Under the pieces are notes generated by a model. That model was given only the letters and a program-made list of their open reading frames with translations, did no database searches and had not been told where the DNA came from. From contig CAYOKC010000001.1 in NCBI GenBank assembly GCA_964404415.1, positions 67 to 64,066 on the forward strand: a stretch of 64,000 nucleotides of DNA, read 5' to 3'. The translations under genes were made by a program, and so were the position numbers. The DNA is from an uncultured Leptolinea sp. GTDB taxonomy: Bacteria; Chloroflexota; Anaerolineae; Anaerolineales; Anaerolineaceae. How positions within the stretch are numbered: position 1 is the stretch's first letter; every line of letters starts with the position of its first letter. This document shows, one piece after another, positions 37,915 through 47,530 of the stretch.

Positions 37915-38012
37915 AACGCAATCCTCCATTGGTAATGACTATGATACTGTACCCGCAAATCCCGTCCCGATAATTGACCGGGGAGTATCGCCACGTGTCA
38001 GCCACAAACCGG

Positions 38013-38471
38013 CTAGCGGATGGAGGTCTGCAATTCAAATATATTCCCTTCGGGATCGGTAAGATAACACCATGTGATGGACTTATCTATTCCCACCGGG
38101 GTGGTGACCACCTCACCTACCAGTTCGCCGCCCAACGCCTGAACGGCTTTCACCGCTTCAGGCACATCATCCACCCGGAAGGCGATATGACTCCAACCCG
38201 GCCGGTTGACCCGCTTTTCCCCTTCATCGCTCAGCCGGTTATACGAGAATATCTCGATCGTCGGCCCGCTGTCACCATAGCCCGGAAGCCGAAGATGAAT
38301 ACCGGTAATATGAGTGCCGGGAACTGCCGTCCCCCGGTCAATGGCATCACCTGTCAAATTGCGTTCCGGCGGAACAGGAACACAACCGAAGGCGTTAATA
38401 TAAAAATCTGCCAGTTTACGCCAGTCGCGCGCGATCAGATTGGTGTGTGTATAGATTGCATTAATAGCCAT
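38013..38471 (-). CDS. VOC/glyoxalase family protein
   Basis: HTNL, FY..FG, HIAFRVDDV, DPEGNIFELQ. Confidence 0.9.
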   Translation of the reverse strand: MAINAIYTHTNLIARDWRKLADFYINAFGCVPVPPERNLTGDAIDRGTAVPGTHITGIHLRLPGYGDSGPTIEIFSYNRLSDEGEKRVNRPGWSHIAFRVDDVPEAVKAVQALGGELVGEVVTTPVGIDKSITWCYLTDPEGNIFELQTSIR

Positions 38472-38570
38472 TTTGAACCCTCCGTTCTGAATGAATTGTA
38501 CTCAGGTAGAATGAAAAAAAAACCGCCTGACAAAACTGGTCAGACGGGTTTACGGGGTTGTTCGGACAAT

Positions 38571-39428
38571 TTATCCAGAATACCCGCAGAGGGCCAGCGC
38601 GCGCGGACCGGTGTGCACACCCAGCACAGGAGAGACGATGGAAATGAAAATTTCCTTCGGGTGGAACTCGTTAATAATACGCTCCATCATTTCTTTGGCT
38701 TCGGGGAGTGCGTTATTATGCAAAACCGTGATATGCAGCGGCAGGTTGATGTCAATGTGGCGGAAAAATTCCTTGTATACATCCTCTATCGCGGCTTTGC
38801 GCGAACGGGATGGAAGCGATGCCCCCACTGCACCTGTGTTGTGGTTCACATAGATCATGGGCTTGATACGCAGAATGGAATTCAATAGATGCGCGGCATC
38901 TGCTATGCGCCCGCCTCGGGCAAGGTACTCGATAGTATCGAGTGAAATGTAGTATGTCATACTCTTCAACGCTTTTTCGGCCGCTGAAAGCATCTCCTTC
39001 AATCCCCCGCCAATCTCGCGTGCCCGGGCTGCCGCTATGACCTGCCAGCCGATACCCATCGAATTGGATTTGCCATCCCATATCTCCACCGGGATGGGAG
39101 ATTCTTCTGCAGCGCGCCGGGCAGACTCGATCGTACCGCTCATGGCACTGCTGATGGTGATCACCAGCACCTGTTCAGCGCCGGATTCCGCGGCCTTCCG
39201 GTACGCGTCCAGAAACAATTGCGGTGCCGGTTGAGAGGTGGTTGGCCTCAATTTTTCCGCTACCAGACGTTCGTAAAACACAACGGGACTGATATCCACC
39301 CCGTCTGTGAGTACTTCATTTTCTTTCATGACGATCGTCAGCGGAACAACTGTGATCTCATATTGCTCCACCCATTCCTTCGGAATATCACAGGTACTGT
39401 CTGTTACTAACGCGATTTTTTGTGCCAT
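38571..39428 (-). CDS. DegV family fatty-acid-binding protein
   Basis: VTDSTCD, TTSQP, ISSAMSGT, RGGRI, IKP, VHTGP. Confidence 0.93.
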   Translation of the reverse strand: MAQKIALVTDSTCDIPKEWVEQYEITVVPLTIVMKENEVLTDGVDISPVVFYERLVAEKLRPTTSQPAPQLFLDAYRKAAESGAEQVLVITISSAMSGTIESARRAAEESPIPVEIWDGKSNSMGIGWQVIAAARAREIGGGLKEMLSAAEKALKSMTYYISLDTIEYLARGGRIADAAHLLNSILRIKPMIYVNHNTGAVGASLPSRSRKAAIEDVYKEFFRHIDINLPLHITVLHNNALPEAKEMMERIINEFHPKEIFISIVSPVLGVHTGPRALALCGYSG

Positions 39429-39665
39429 TGTCTTTTCCCGCACGTTGGATTTTGTACTAGTTCCATTCTATATCATTGTGACTTTTTCTTGCAGGTGACA
39501 TTCTCAATATTTATCCGGGTGATTAATAGGAATACCGGCCTATTGACAGGGTGATGAATGACCGTGCTTAACGTTTCCTTAAGGATGTTTTTTAGAGTAA
39601 AACCCTGCTACAATATATATTATGGAGTTCTTTTATCTTATTTGGTTTAGTTCTGGAGCTTATCC

Positions 39666-40697
39666 ATGGATCTCTGGATTGCATTTATTACCGGTTTGAC
39701 CACAGGCGGGCTTTCTTGTATGGCCGTGCAGGGCGGGTTGCTGGCAGGTTCTCTGGCCAATCAGATCGAGCAGGATCTCGTATCAAAGGGAAAGAAGAAA
39801 TTTCAACCGCGGGTTGCGGTCACAATTTTGTTGTTTCTGCTCGCTAAATTGACGGTGTACACCATTGCCGGATTCCTGTTCGGTTTACTTGGTTCTGTCT
39901 TTCAATTGAATACGATTTCACGGGCTATCCTGCAATTCGCCATAGGACTGTTCCTTATCGGCAATGCCCTGCGAATGTTCAACGTTCACCCTGTATTCCG
40001 CTATTTCACATTCGAACCACCCTCCGGGTTGACCCGGTTCATCCGCCGCAGGGCAAAAAACAATGATTCATGGGTATCACCCGTCCTTCTTGGCGCGCTG
40101 ACTCTGCTCATCCCCTGCGGCGTCACCCAGAGCGTTATGGCGGCCGCCGTTGCCACCGCCAATCCTTTACAGGGGGCGGCTCTGTTGTTTGCCTTCACGA
40201 TTGGAACCAGTCCGGTGTTCTTCATCCTTTCGTATTTCGCCACGCACTTGAGCGCTCTGATGGAGAAATATTTTCTGCGTATTGTGGCAACCGTTCTTCT
40301 TGTACTGGGACTGATGGCCGTGGATAGCGGAATGAATATGATCGGTTCTCCTTATTCCTTCAGTCAGATAGCGCGGAATGTTTCCCCCGCGGAGACTCAG
40401 CTATCTCAAACCACTGGAATGGCCACCGATCCGGCTTTGTGGTTGGATGTCAAACAGGATGGATATGTACCTGAAATCTTGAAAGCCCCCGCCAACCAAC
40501 CGGTGAAATTGAACCTGGTCACCAACAAAACGTTTTCCTGTTCACGGGCATTTACCATACCCGAACTGGATATCGCGAAAATCCTGCCGGCTACGGGAAC
40601 GGTCACTGTGGATATACCGCCGCAGCAGCCGGGAAAAGTGCTGGCATTCAGCTGCTCTATGGGTATGTACACCGGTAAGATCGTTTTTGAAGGGTAA
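39666..40697 (+). CDS. DsbD_2/TauE-like membrane protein fused to a cupredoxin domain
   Basis: GGLSCMAVQGG, IPCG, F.IGT.P, C-terminal FSCSMGMYTG. Confidence 0.85.
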   Translation: MDLWIAFITGLTTGGLSCMAVQGGLLAGSLANQIEQDLVSKGKKKFQPRVAVTILLFLLAKLTVYTIAGFLFGLLGSVFQLNTISRAILQFAIGLFLIGNALRMFNVHPVFRYFTFEPPSGLTRFIRRRAKNNDSWVSPVLLGALTLLIPCGVTQSVMAAAVATANPLQGAALLFAFTIGTSPVFFILSYFATHLSALMEKYFLRIVATVLLVLGLMAVDSGMNMIGSPYSFSQIARNVSPAETQLSQTTGMATDPALWLDVKQDGYVPEILKAPANQPVKLNLVTNKTFSCSRAFTIPELDIAKILPATGTVTVDIPPQQPGKVLAFSCSMGMYTGKIVFEG

Positions 40698-40702
40698 TTC
40701 AT

Positions 40703-40918
40703 ATGGAGAAAAAAGTCACACTAAGTGTTCCGGATATGCACTGCCCGGCTTGTGTCATGCGGTTGCTGACATTGGAGGATGACGTGCCGGGTATTCTGCA
40801 GGTGGAAGCCAGCTATATTAAGCAAAAAATGGATGTGCGGTTTGACGATACCCTCATCACAGAAGCCGGTATTGTGGAAGCTGCAAAGAAAGCGGGTTAC
40901 ACCGCGGTAACGCTGTAG
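40703..40918 (+). CDS. Heavy-metal-associated (HMA) chaperone, CopZ-like
   Basis: MHCPAC, AGY; 71 aa. Confidence 0.85.
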   Translation: MEKKVTLSVPDMHCPACVMRLLTLEDDVPGILQVEASYIKQKMDVRFDDTLITEAGIVEAAKKAGYTAVTL

Positions 40919-40928
40919 GTGGCTTGCA

Positions 40929-41705
40929 TCATCCGGCTGGAATAACCGGATTCTTCCGGAGGAAGAACAACGTCAACCCGTTCAGGCAGGTGACTGCCGC
41001 CAGCGCCAGGGTGTACGTCAGGCCGGTGCCCAGGGAAGTCAACCCCAGGCCTACGATCAGAAAGAAAACCGCGTAACCCGCAGAGGCCGATACATAACTG
41101 CGAAAGTGATTTAGTGCCGCCGCGGATCCGTACTGTTTGTGTGTGAATATTGACATGATCAGCCCGAAAACCGGGAACGGCGCTACCAGGCCGCTTAATT
41201 GCGGGCCTAGCGCATCGGCAAAACCGGTGACCATATACACAAAAACGGCGGCCAGCAGCATGCGCAACGGCAGGTCCCAGCGGGGAAGAACCGGATCCTT
41301 GAATTCACCGCCGCGGCGGGGAAGCAGCAGGAAAACAGTCACAACAACCGCGATGATGATCACAAACGCCAGCGGCAGGGTCAACGTGAACAGATTAAGC
41401 ACAAAGATCGCCGCGAAGAAAGCGGTTATCCCGGCCAGCGCGCTGACCAGCCAGCCAAATCGCAGCGCGGTATACCCGTACACCAGGCAGAATACGCAGA
41501 CTGCCGCCTGCCCGCCCAACAGTCCGGCCGCCGATGCCGCCGCAAATTCCGTCCCGTGCTGCAGGGCCATCACAATGGAAATAGGGCCTGATGTCAGCGG
41601 GAAGCCCAGGAACCACCCCGAAACGGTGGATCCCCATTTTCGCCCCGCGAGACTTACCATTGCGATCAACAACGGCGAGAGGATCAGTTTGAATGTAAGT
41701 ACCAT
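40929..41705 (-). CDS. Conserved hypothetical integral membrane protein
   Basis: G.PLTSGP and LGP.LSG..PFP internally duplicated motifs, about 8 TM helices. Confidence 0.75.
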   Translation of the reverse strand: MVLTFKLILSPLLIAMVSLAGRKWGSTVSGWFLGFPLTSGPISIVMALQHGTEFAAASAAGLLGGQAAVCVFCLVYGYTALRFGWLVSALAGITAFFAAIFVLNLFTLTLPLAFVIIIAVVVTVFLLLPRRGGEFKDPVLPRWDLPLRMLLAAVFVYMVTGFADALGPQLSGLVAPFPVFGLIMSIFTHKQYGSAAALNHFRSYVSASAGYAVFFLIVGLGLTSLGTGLTYTLALAAVTCLNGLTLFFLRKNPVIPAG

Positions 41706-41716
41706 AAAAATTTACA

Positions 41717-41740
41717 GGCGGGAACCGGCCGGTTCCCGCC
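41717..41740. terminator. Perfect 24-bp palindrome after hom
   Basis: ggcgggaaccggccggttcccgcc. Confidence 0.55.
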
Positions 41741-41766
41741 CATCCTTGAGTTTCTTCTAAAGTTTA

Positions 41767-42801
41767 TTATTTCGATCCGCGGTGAAGGGCCAGCAGGTCT
41801 TCCACCAGGGCGAACCCGGTTGGCAGACGTCCTGCTCCCGGGCCGATCAGGGTGACATCACCCAGCAGCGCGGTGGTATAGGTGATGGCATTTGTGGCGC
41901 CGCTGACGCCCGCCAGGGGATGTGTCACCGGCAGGCATTGCGGTTTAACACTGGCCTTTATTCCCTGACCAATCTTTTCAACCCTGGCGATCAATTTCCA
42001 GCGTTCACCGCGTGCCTGGGCTGATTTGATGTCGTCCACTGTCAGTTTTGTGATGCCTTCCCGCTCAACATCAGACATGCGGATATTCCCGCCCATCAAC
42101 AGATTTGTCATGATAACAACCTTGCCAGCCGCGTCAAACCCTTCCACATCGCCGGTTGGGTCTGCTTCGGCATAACCCTTGGCCTGAGCTTCCGCCAGCG
42201 CGTCAGCGTACGCTGCGCCGGCATCCATCTGCGAGAGGATATAGTTGGTTGTGCCATTGACGATCCCCTGAATACAGGTCACACCGGCGGCATGCAGCAT
42301 TTCTGTTCCCATTCTCAGGGAAGGCGTGCCGCTCATCACAGAGCCCTCCACACCGATGGTCACGCCATTTTCTTCCGCGAGTTTCGTCAACTCATGGTAA
42401 GCCAGGGCCACAGGTCCTTTATTCGTGGTGATCACATGCTTCCCCGCCCTGATGGCCGCCTTCAGATGACTGACAGCCGGTTCGCCGGTTTTAAGGTCGG
42501 TAAAGCTCAACTCGGCCACCACGTCAGCATTGGATTCTGTGATGGTTTTCATGGCGTCCCATCCCTTAAAGGGAGCGGACACCGGATCAATCGATCCGCT
42601 GACCTCCACAGCATTCAGCAGATCAGCCGGTACCAACCCCTCCGGATTGTATACACTGCCTTTCTGCAGGTCGCTGACGGCTGTGATCACAAACCGCGCG
42701 CCAAAATCTTTTTCATAGTGTTCGCCATAATCACACAGGATCCGGGCAAAACCCTGACCCACGTTGCCGAAACCGATGAGTGCCAGACGGTATGTACGCA
42801 T
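41767..42801 (-). CDS. hom: Homoserine dehydrogenase
   Basis: IGFGNVG, TTNKGP, NGTTNYIL, GYAEADPTGDVEGFDAAGK, GPGAG; ATG 42801 (track 42831). Confidence 0.93.
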   Translation of the reverse strand: MRTYRLALIGFGNVGQGFARILCDYGEHYEKDFGARFVITAVSDLQKGSVYNPEGLVPADLLNAVEVSGSIDPVSAPFKGWDAMKTITESNADVVAELSFTDLKTGEPAVSHLKAAIRAGKHVITTNKGPVALAYHELTKLAEENGVTIGVEGSVMSGTPSLRMGTEMLHAAGVTCIQGIVNGTTNYILSQMDAGAAYADALAEAQAKGYAEADPTGDVEGFDAAGKVVIMTNLLMGGNIRMSDVEREGITKLTVDDIKSAQARGERWKLIARVEKIGQGIKASVKPQCLPVTHPLAGVSGATNAITYTTALLGDVTLIGPGAGRLPTGFALVEDLLALHRGSK

Positions 42802-42868
42802 GAAAGTCAACCTCACATTGGATTTATTCACCCATTATAAAGGTTGTTCAATGAATTCAGAAATGCCG

Positions 42869-44230
42869 CTATGGCAGCCATTTGGGGAACCGGAAACCGT
42901 CAGCAATAGACCGTATATTTCCATTTTCCCAGAGAAGAATTTGTGTATTTCCCTGATTGCTGGATAATCGGTCGACCTGAAACACCAGACTGTCACCATA
43001 GGCGTTCCAGGAATACTGCCCCGGAATAAGCGACAGATCACTGATTATCATGGATTGGTTTCGCGTTGCGGGGTCATACACCACCAGCGAACGGCCCGGT
43101 ATCAAAACATTGGGTTGAATGGTCATCGCCAGAATGTCATTTATCGGATTGCATAAGGGATTATCGTAACTTGTTCCACCGGTTTCAGAGTTTTCTCCAA
43201 CCACAGTCTCCATAGACTTATCATCCACATTAACCGAGAGGATCACATTGTGATATCCGCTACCGCGAACGATGGTGTTTGAGAAAATGAGATGCTTATT
43301 ATCGCGAGACCAACACCCGCTATTTCCACTGGAAGATTGCACGATAAAATTCTCACCAGTCTGCCGGTTGACTACCTTGACCCCGCCGCTCATGCCATCC
43401 CAGATGGACATCCACAATCCATCGGATGCCCATGAGGTGCCATAACCAATCTGCTGAGAATCTTCGAAAAGAGGGGATGTTATGCCGGATTCGGGATCCA
43501 GCATCCATACACGTGGGGCACCCAGCGCCCCGTTCTTCTTCGGATCACTGACTTCACGGGTATAGGCAATCTCAGCCATCGTTGGCGCCCACACCGGAGC
43601 CGTACACCGGTCACCACCGCAATCGAGGAGCAATTCCTGGTTGTTCCCGTCGCGGTCTATTTTCCAGATATCGGATCCGAGTCTGTCATTTACTACTGTG
43701 AAAATAACAATATTTCCGGTGGGGTCAACATCATAATCAAACGTTTTTCCACCGGTATGAGAAAATTGCACGGGGTCCTGCTTCCCTTCCGGGTCAAGCA
43801 GGAACAGTTCGGTCTCATTGCCGGTTGCGCTTATGGCCAGGATTTCCGTTGAACGGATCTCAGCCGTCCAACTTGTTTCACTCCGGATCGACTCATTATC
43901 TTCACCGACAGAACCGGGGATGAACCCGAATGTGACATTTTTTGTGAGTGGTATAGGCTCAGTGCTAATCCACCGCACGCGTCGGTTGTCAATTTTTACC
44001 CATTGGCCGGCCGTGTTCGGTGATATCTGCCAGACTGATGGCAGCCTGGTTATTTCCACCGGGCGTGAAAACTCAAATACCATCGCGCCACGCGGGCTTA
44101 TAAGAGAACAGTCCGCGGGTGCCACGCACGAAACACTAACCGGGAGATTCGAGCCCCAGAAAACCACCCCGCTAATCAGGGTGAATAGAAAGATTATGAT
44201 TGAAACTGCCACTTTATCCAGTGTTGTCAT
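42869..44230 (-). CDS. Secreted Ig-like plus TolB-like beta-propeller protein
   Basis: N-terminal TM, FEFSRPV Ig-like segment, repeated P.W.P/W.SDG propeller blades. Confidence 0.7.
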   Translation of the reverse strand: MTTLDKVAVSIIIFLFTLISGVVFWGSNLPVSVSCVAPADCSLISPRGAMVFEFSRPVEITRLPSVWQISPNTAGQWVKIDNRRVRWISTEPIPLTKNVTFGFIPGSVGEDNESIRSETSWTAEIRSTEILAISATGNETELFLLDPEGKQDPVQFSHTGGKTFDYDVDPTGNIVIFTVVNDRLGSDIWKIDRDGNNQELLLDCGGDRCTAPVWAPTMAEIAYTREVSDPKKNGALGAPRVWMLDPESGITSPLFEDSQQIGYGTSWASDGLWMSIWDGMSGGVKVVNRQTGENFIVQSSSGNSGCWSRDNKHLIFSNTIVRGSGYHNVILSVNVDDKSMETVVGENSETGGTSYDNPLCNPINDILAMTIQPNVLIPGRSLVVYDPATRNQSMIISDLSLIPGQYSWNAYGDSLVFQVDRLSSNQGNTQILLWENGNIRSIADGFRFPKWLP

Positions 44231-45129
44231 GGGTACAGGTAAGGTTGAGCAGGTGGTTCAATTTCTGTAATGGAAGACGCATGTATCATCGGGATTTTGA
44301 CGCCGTCAATTGTGATTTCATCCAGTGTGCCGTCAACTTTCACCCAGGTATCATTTTCAAATGTGCTGGCATCGTGTGAATCAATCACCATGCCAACCGC
44401 GAACGCATCGGCCACACAACAGGTGATGGTAAAGCGGCCAACCATGATTTTGTTACCTGTCAACCGGTCATCATGATAGACAAATCCAATCACCGACGCG
44501 GTTGACCCGATATGTTTTGAAGTGTCAGATTCGGAATCAAATAATGTCACCCAATCCAGAACAGTTCGGTCTGTAGGATCCGCTTTTAAAGTTACCGGTG
44601 ACTTCTTCGCAAGCGAAGAAGACGAAGATAAGTTTATTCCCCGGGTAGACAAAGCGTCGACACTCAACGGTTTTGTGGGTACGAAAGCCAGGATAATGAG
44701 CGGTATGGCCACAAACACCAGGTTTCGCCAGGTTCCGGTTGATTTATTCAACGAGGCGGTTGAAATTGTATCAATATGGGCCAACCGGATGATCCCGGTT
44801 AGGAAGACCAAACCCCAAACGGAAGTATATACCGGTGTCGACATTCCCATTAGCGACGCGAAGAATGGAAGAAATGGAAGAAATAAAAATTGCCGGATTT
44901 TTTGAGAAGAATTTGAATCGTTTCCAGAAAAGCTCTCAAGTTTCTTCTCAATATCGAATGCTCCAATCCCGCTGATGACCAACAGGATCGCGATCCCGGT
45001 TATGGTAAGAGGGGCATAACGCATATTGATAAAAAAGGAAAGCTTTCCGTCGAGCAGCCTCTCTGTCAAAATGGCTGCCAGGCCGCTTGTGATCATGGAT
45101 TGAAGGAATCGATACTTATATCTATTCAT
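44227..45129 (-). CDS. TIGR03943/DUF1980 (YcgQ-like) permease subunit
   Basis: GKLSFFINMRY, GFVY, RFTITCCVADA, TWVKVDG, P.QPYLYP. Confidence 0.85.
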   Translation of the reverse strand: MNRYKYRFLQSMITSGLAAILTERLLDGKLSFFINMRYAPLTITGIAILLVISGIGAFDIEKKLESFSGNDSNSSQKIRQFLFLPFLPFFASLMGMSTPVYTSVWGLVFLTGIIRLAHIDTISTASLNKSTGTWRNLVFVAIPLIILAFVPTKPLSVDALSTRGINLSSSSSLAKKSPVTLKADPTDRTVLDWVTLFDSESDTSKHIGSTASVIGFVYHDDRLTGNKIMVGRFTITCCVADAFAVGMVIDSHDASTFENDTWVKVDGTLDEITIDGVKIPMIHASSITEIEPPAQPYLYP

Positions 45130-45135
45130 TCAGCC

Positions 45136-46173
45136 TCAAACCATGAAGATGTTCATGGATATTGTGATCAGGAAAATGATCAGCATCGGGATCAAAACAA
45201 GGTACAAAACGGGTCTGGGGCGAAGGATCCGCAGGAACAGGATAATACTCTTGATATCCACCATGGGTCCAAATGTCAGAAACGCCAGTATGGACCCCGT
45301 GCTGAATGTACCGGCAAAACCCAGGGCGACAAAAGCGTCAACCGTCGAACATATGGACAGAAGTATAGCCAGCCCGATCATCACCATCACTGATAGAACG
45401 GGGCCTTTACCAATTTCCAGTAGGATTTGCTGTGGAATGAAAGTTTGCATGGCAGCGGCGATCATCGCACCTATGATCAAGAACCGGCCAATCTCAAAGA
45501 ACTCATCCAGTGTGACTTGAAAAACACCCACCAGTTTGTCTTTTGGAGACCGGTATGTTATCTGACAACACTGGCAGGCTGAATCATGATCGTGACCATG
45601 CTCATGGTCACTGGCATCCGGTGTGATCCAGGCTGTGGGTAACAGGATTTCCCAGGGGGTTTTCACTGTTGAAAAGACGATACCGGTGATTACCGCGGTA
45701 ACCAGAGATATACCCAGCCGGAACAGCACAACCTGCCCCCAACCAAAAGCGGTAACCGTACTGGCAATCACAATCGGGTTGATCACCGGTGCTGCCAGTA
45801 AAAACGCGATCCCTGCCGGAATCGGAAGCCCTTTTCTGAACAATCTTCGAACCAGGGGCACAACACCACATTCACATACCGGAAAAAACAGGCCGAAGAA
45901 GCTTCCGGCAATCGCGCCCAGAACAGGTGAAGTTGGCATGATCTTCTGAATTTTTTCCCGGTCGAGAAACACTTCCACCAACCCGGAGGCGAGTGTGCCC
46001 AACAGTAAGAATGGCAATGCTTCTATGAATATCCCCAAAAATATCGTGGAGAACGTCAACCAGTAATTTGCGGTAACAGTCCAGTTGGAAAGCAATACCG
46101 CCCCGGTTACCATTGCAAGCCCGATCAATACGGGCTTCCAAACAGAATTATTTCTCTCGTTCACCAACTCCAT
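45136..46173 (-). CDS. DUF318/ArsP (YcgR-like) permease with His/Cys-rich loop
   Basis: EALPFLLLG, PVCECGVVP, AAPVINP, DHEHGHDHDSACQCC, SICSTVDAF, GPMVDIK; ATG 46173 (track 46203). Confidence 0.9.
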   Translation of the reverse strand: MELVNERNNSVWKPVLIGLAMVTGAVLLSNWTVTANYWLTFSTIFLGIFIEALPFLLLGTLASGLVEVFLDREKIQKIMPTSPVLGAIAGSFFGLFFPVCECGVVPLVRRLFRKGLPIPAGIAFLLAAPVINPIVIASTVTAFGWGQVVLFRLGISLVTAVITGIVFSTVKTPWEILLPTAWITPDASDHEHGHDHDSACQCCQITYRSPKDKLVGVFQVTLDEFFEIGRFLIIGAMIAAAMQTFIPQQILLEIGKGPVLSVMVMIGLAILLSICSTVDAFVALGFAGTFSTGSILAFLTFGPMVDIKSIILFLRILRPRPVLYLVLIPMLIIFLITISMNIFMV

Positions 46174-46250
46174 ACATGCTCCACTACATAACCCGATAAT
46201 CATACCCTTAAAGACTAAAATTAAACTTCCAAACGGTTAATAATTTAGTA

Positions 46251-46296
46251 AAAAAGAGCCGGAAACTGTCTATCTCGACAAAATCCGGCTCTTTTT
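46251..46296. terminator. Terminator hairpin with A/T tails
   Basis: aaaaagagccgga...tccggctcttttt. Confidence 0.7.
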
Positions 46297-46323
46297 CTGG
46301 GTTGCAAAATTAAAAAGTCCGCA

Positions 46324-46872
46324 TTATGAATTTGATGTATCTCCATTGAACGGGCAATCATAATCATCCATTGCCCGCCCTCCCCAACCCCGGCCGAACA
46401 TCATCCCACCACCACGCTGTTTCATCCAATCCGCCTGAGACTGTGTCAAGATTTTCTCTATGACTGCCTGGTCGAGGGTTTGGGAAAAAGCTTCCTCAAC
46501 CAGTGTGTCAAGTTTTGTTGAGTCGATGCCCTTTGAAGATGCGATGGAAGTCAATGATTCGCCCTTGCTCAAGCCTTCCTCCAATTCAGAGACAGGAAGT
46601 CCCAATTTCTCGGCCAGAGAGGAGAACATCAGATCGTGCAGTTTGCTCATCTCTCCGTTGGAGTACCGGTAATCATTCCGGTCGAAGCGGTCGCCCATCA
46701 TACCGCCCCGGTATTCCCCTCTATTATCCATTATCCCACCCCGCGCCCCCATCATGCCGTACCAGGGTGTTCCATAATCAGGGTTGGTAAAGCGGGCAAA
46801 TGCGTAACCAGCAGCGCCGAATACGGCGAATAAAAATACAGCCACAACGGAACCAATAAAAATTTTCTTCAT
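46324..46872 (-). CDS. Secreted Met/Gly-rich hypothetical protein
   Basis: Signal peptide MKKIF..AGYAFA, GMMG repeats, LAEKLG..GESL..IA helical domain; RBS AAGGAG. Confidence 0.7.
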   Translation of the reverse strand: MKKIFIGSVVAVFLFAVFGAAGYAFARFTNPDYGTPWYGMMGARGGIMDNRGEYRGGMMGDRFDRNDYRYSNGEMSKLHDLMFSSLAEKLGLPVSELEEGLSKGESLTSIASSKGIDSTKLDTLVEEAFSQTLDQAVIEKILTQSQADWMKQRGGGMMFGRGWGGRAMDDYDCPFNGDTSNS

Positions 46873-46917
46873 TTTTTCTCCTTTTTTATTCCTTTCCAAA
46901 ACAATACTTTTTAACTG

Positions 46918-46935
46918 TGAAGAATTTATGAAGAA
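46918..46935 (-). promoter_or_regulatory. OmpR-type tandem direct repeat (TTCTTCA-N4-TTCTTCA)
   Basis: tgaagaa at 46918 and 46929, 11-bp period, upstream of the 46872 start. Confidence 0.45.
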
Positions 46936-47080
46936 CAGCCGAAAATAGAAATACCGGTCTCTGCCGGTCCAATCAGGATTTTAAGAAAACCGCCGGAAAA
47001 TCAAGGAGGTCAAATGCGTAAAAATTGGATAAAATTATGGTACATAATTGATTCATAGATAGATCAAATGAGGTCGGGGT

Positions 47081-47425
47081 ATGGAAATCGAACGGATTTC
47101 CGGGGGAATTGAATATCGCCCTGAAGTAATGACACTGGTTTTACCCGGAGACAGGGACTACCGGGTTCGCACAACCAGAGTAGGTTCAAATGTGCCTGTC
47201 TCCACCACGCAGACGGTCCGGTCGTCGGTGTCAACTGGCGGTGCCGGGATTTCCATGATGAATTTCACCAGCCAGGGCTCAAGGTTTGACAGCCAGAACG
47301 CCATTGCCTATCTTCGCTACCTGGGGGACCTGGAAGCGGAGGGGGGCCAATCCAATTACACGATCATGGATATCCGCGACGAATATGTAGGCATGAAAGG
47401 CCGCGTCATCGATCTCTGGGTGTGA
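47081..47425 (+). CDS. Hypothetical protein
   Basis: 114-aa ORF with GAGGT RBS; no family recognised. Confidence 0.6.
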   Translation: MEIERISGGIEYRPEVMTLVLPGDRDYRVRTTRVGSNVPVSTTQTVRSSVSTGGAGISMMNFTSQGSRFDSQNAIAYLRYLGDLEAEGGQSNYTIMDIRDEYVGMKGRVIDLWV

Positions 47426-47530
47426 CCCCGCCTTTGGAGTGAACAACAATCTATTATTCTCGTTATTTCCATATCTTGTGGACGTGTTTTCATGTTTAAT
47501 AAAAAGGTACAATGAATACCGGGAAATATA

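Noticed and set aside
37974-38888. 304-aa + strand ORF (similarly 5054-5884, 49690-50475, 939-1637)
   Set aside because: Antisense to well-supported genes, with no recognisable motifs
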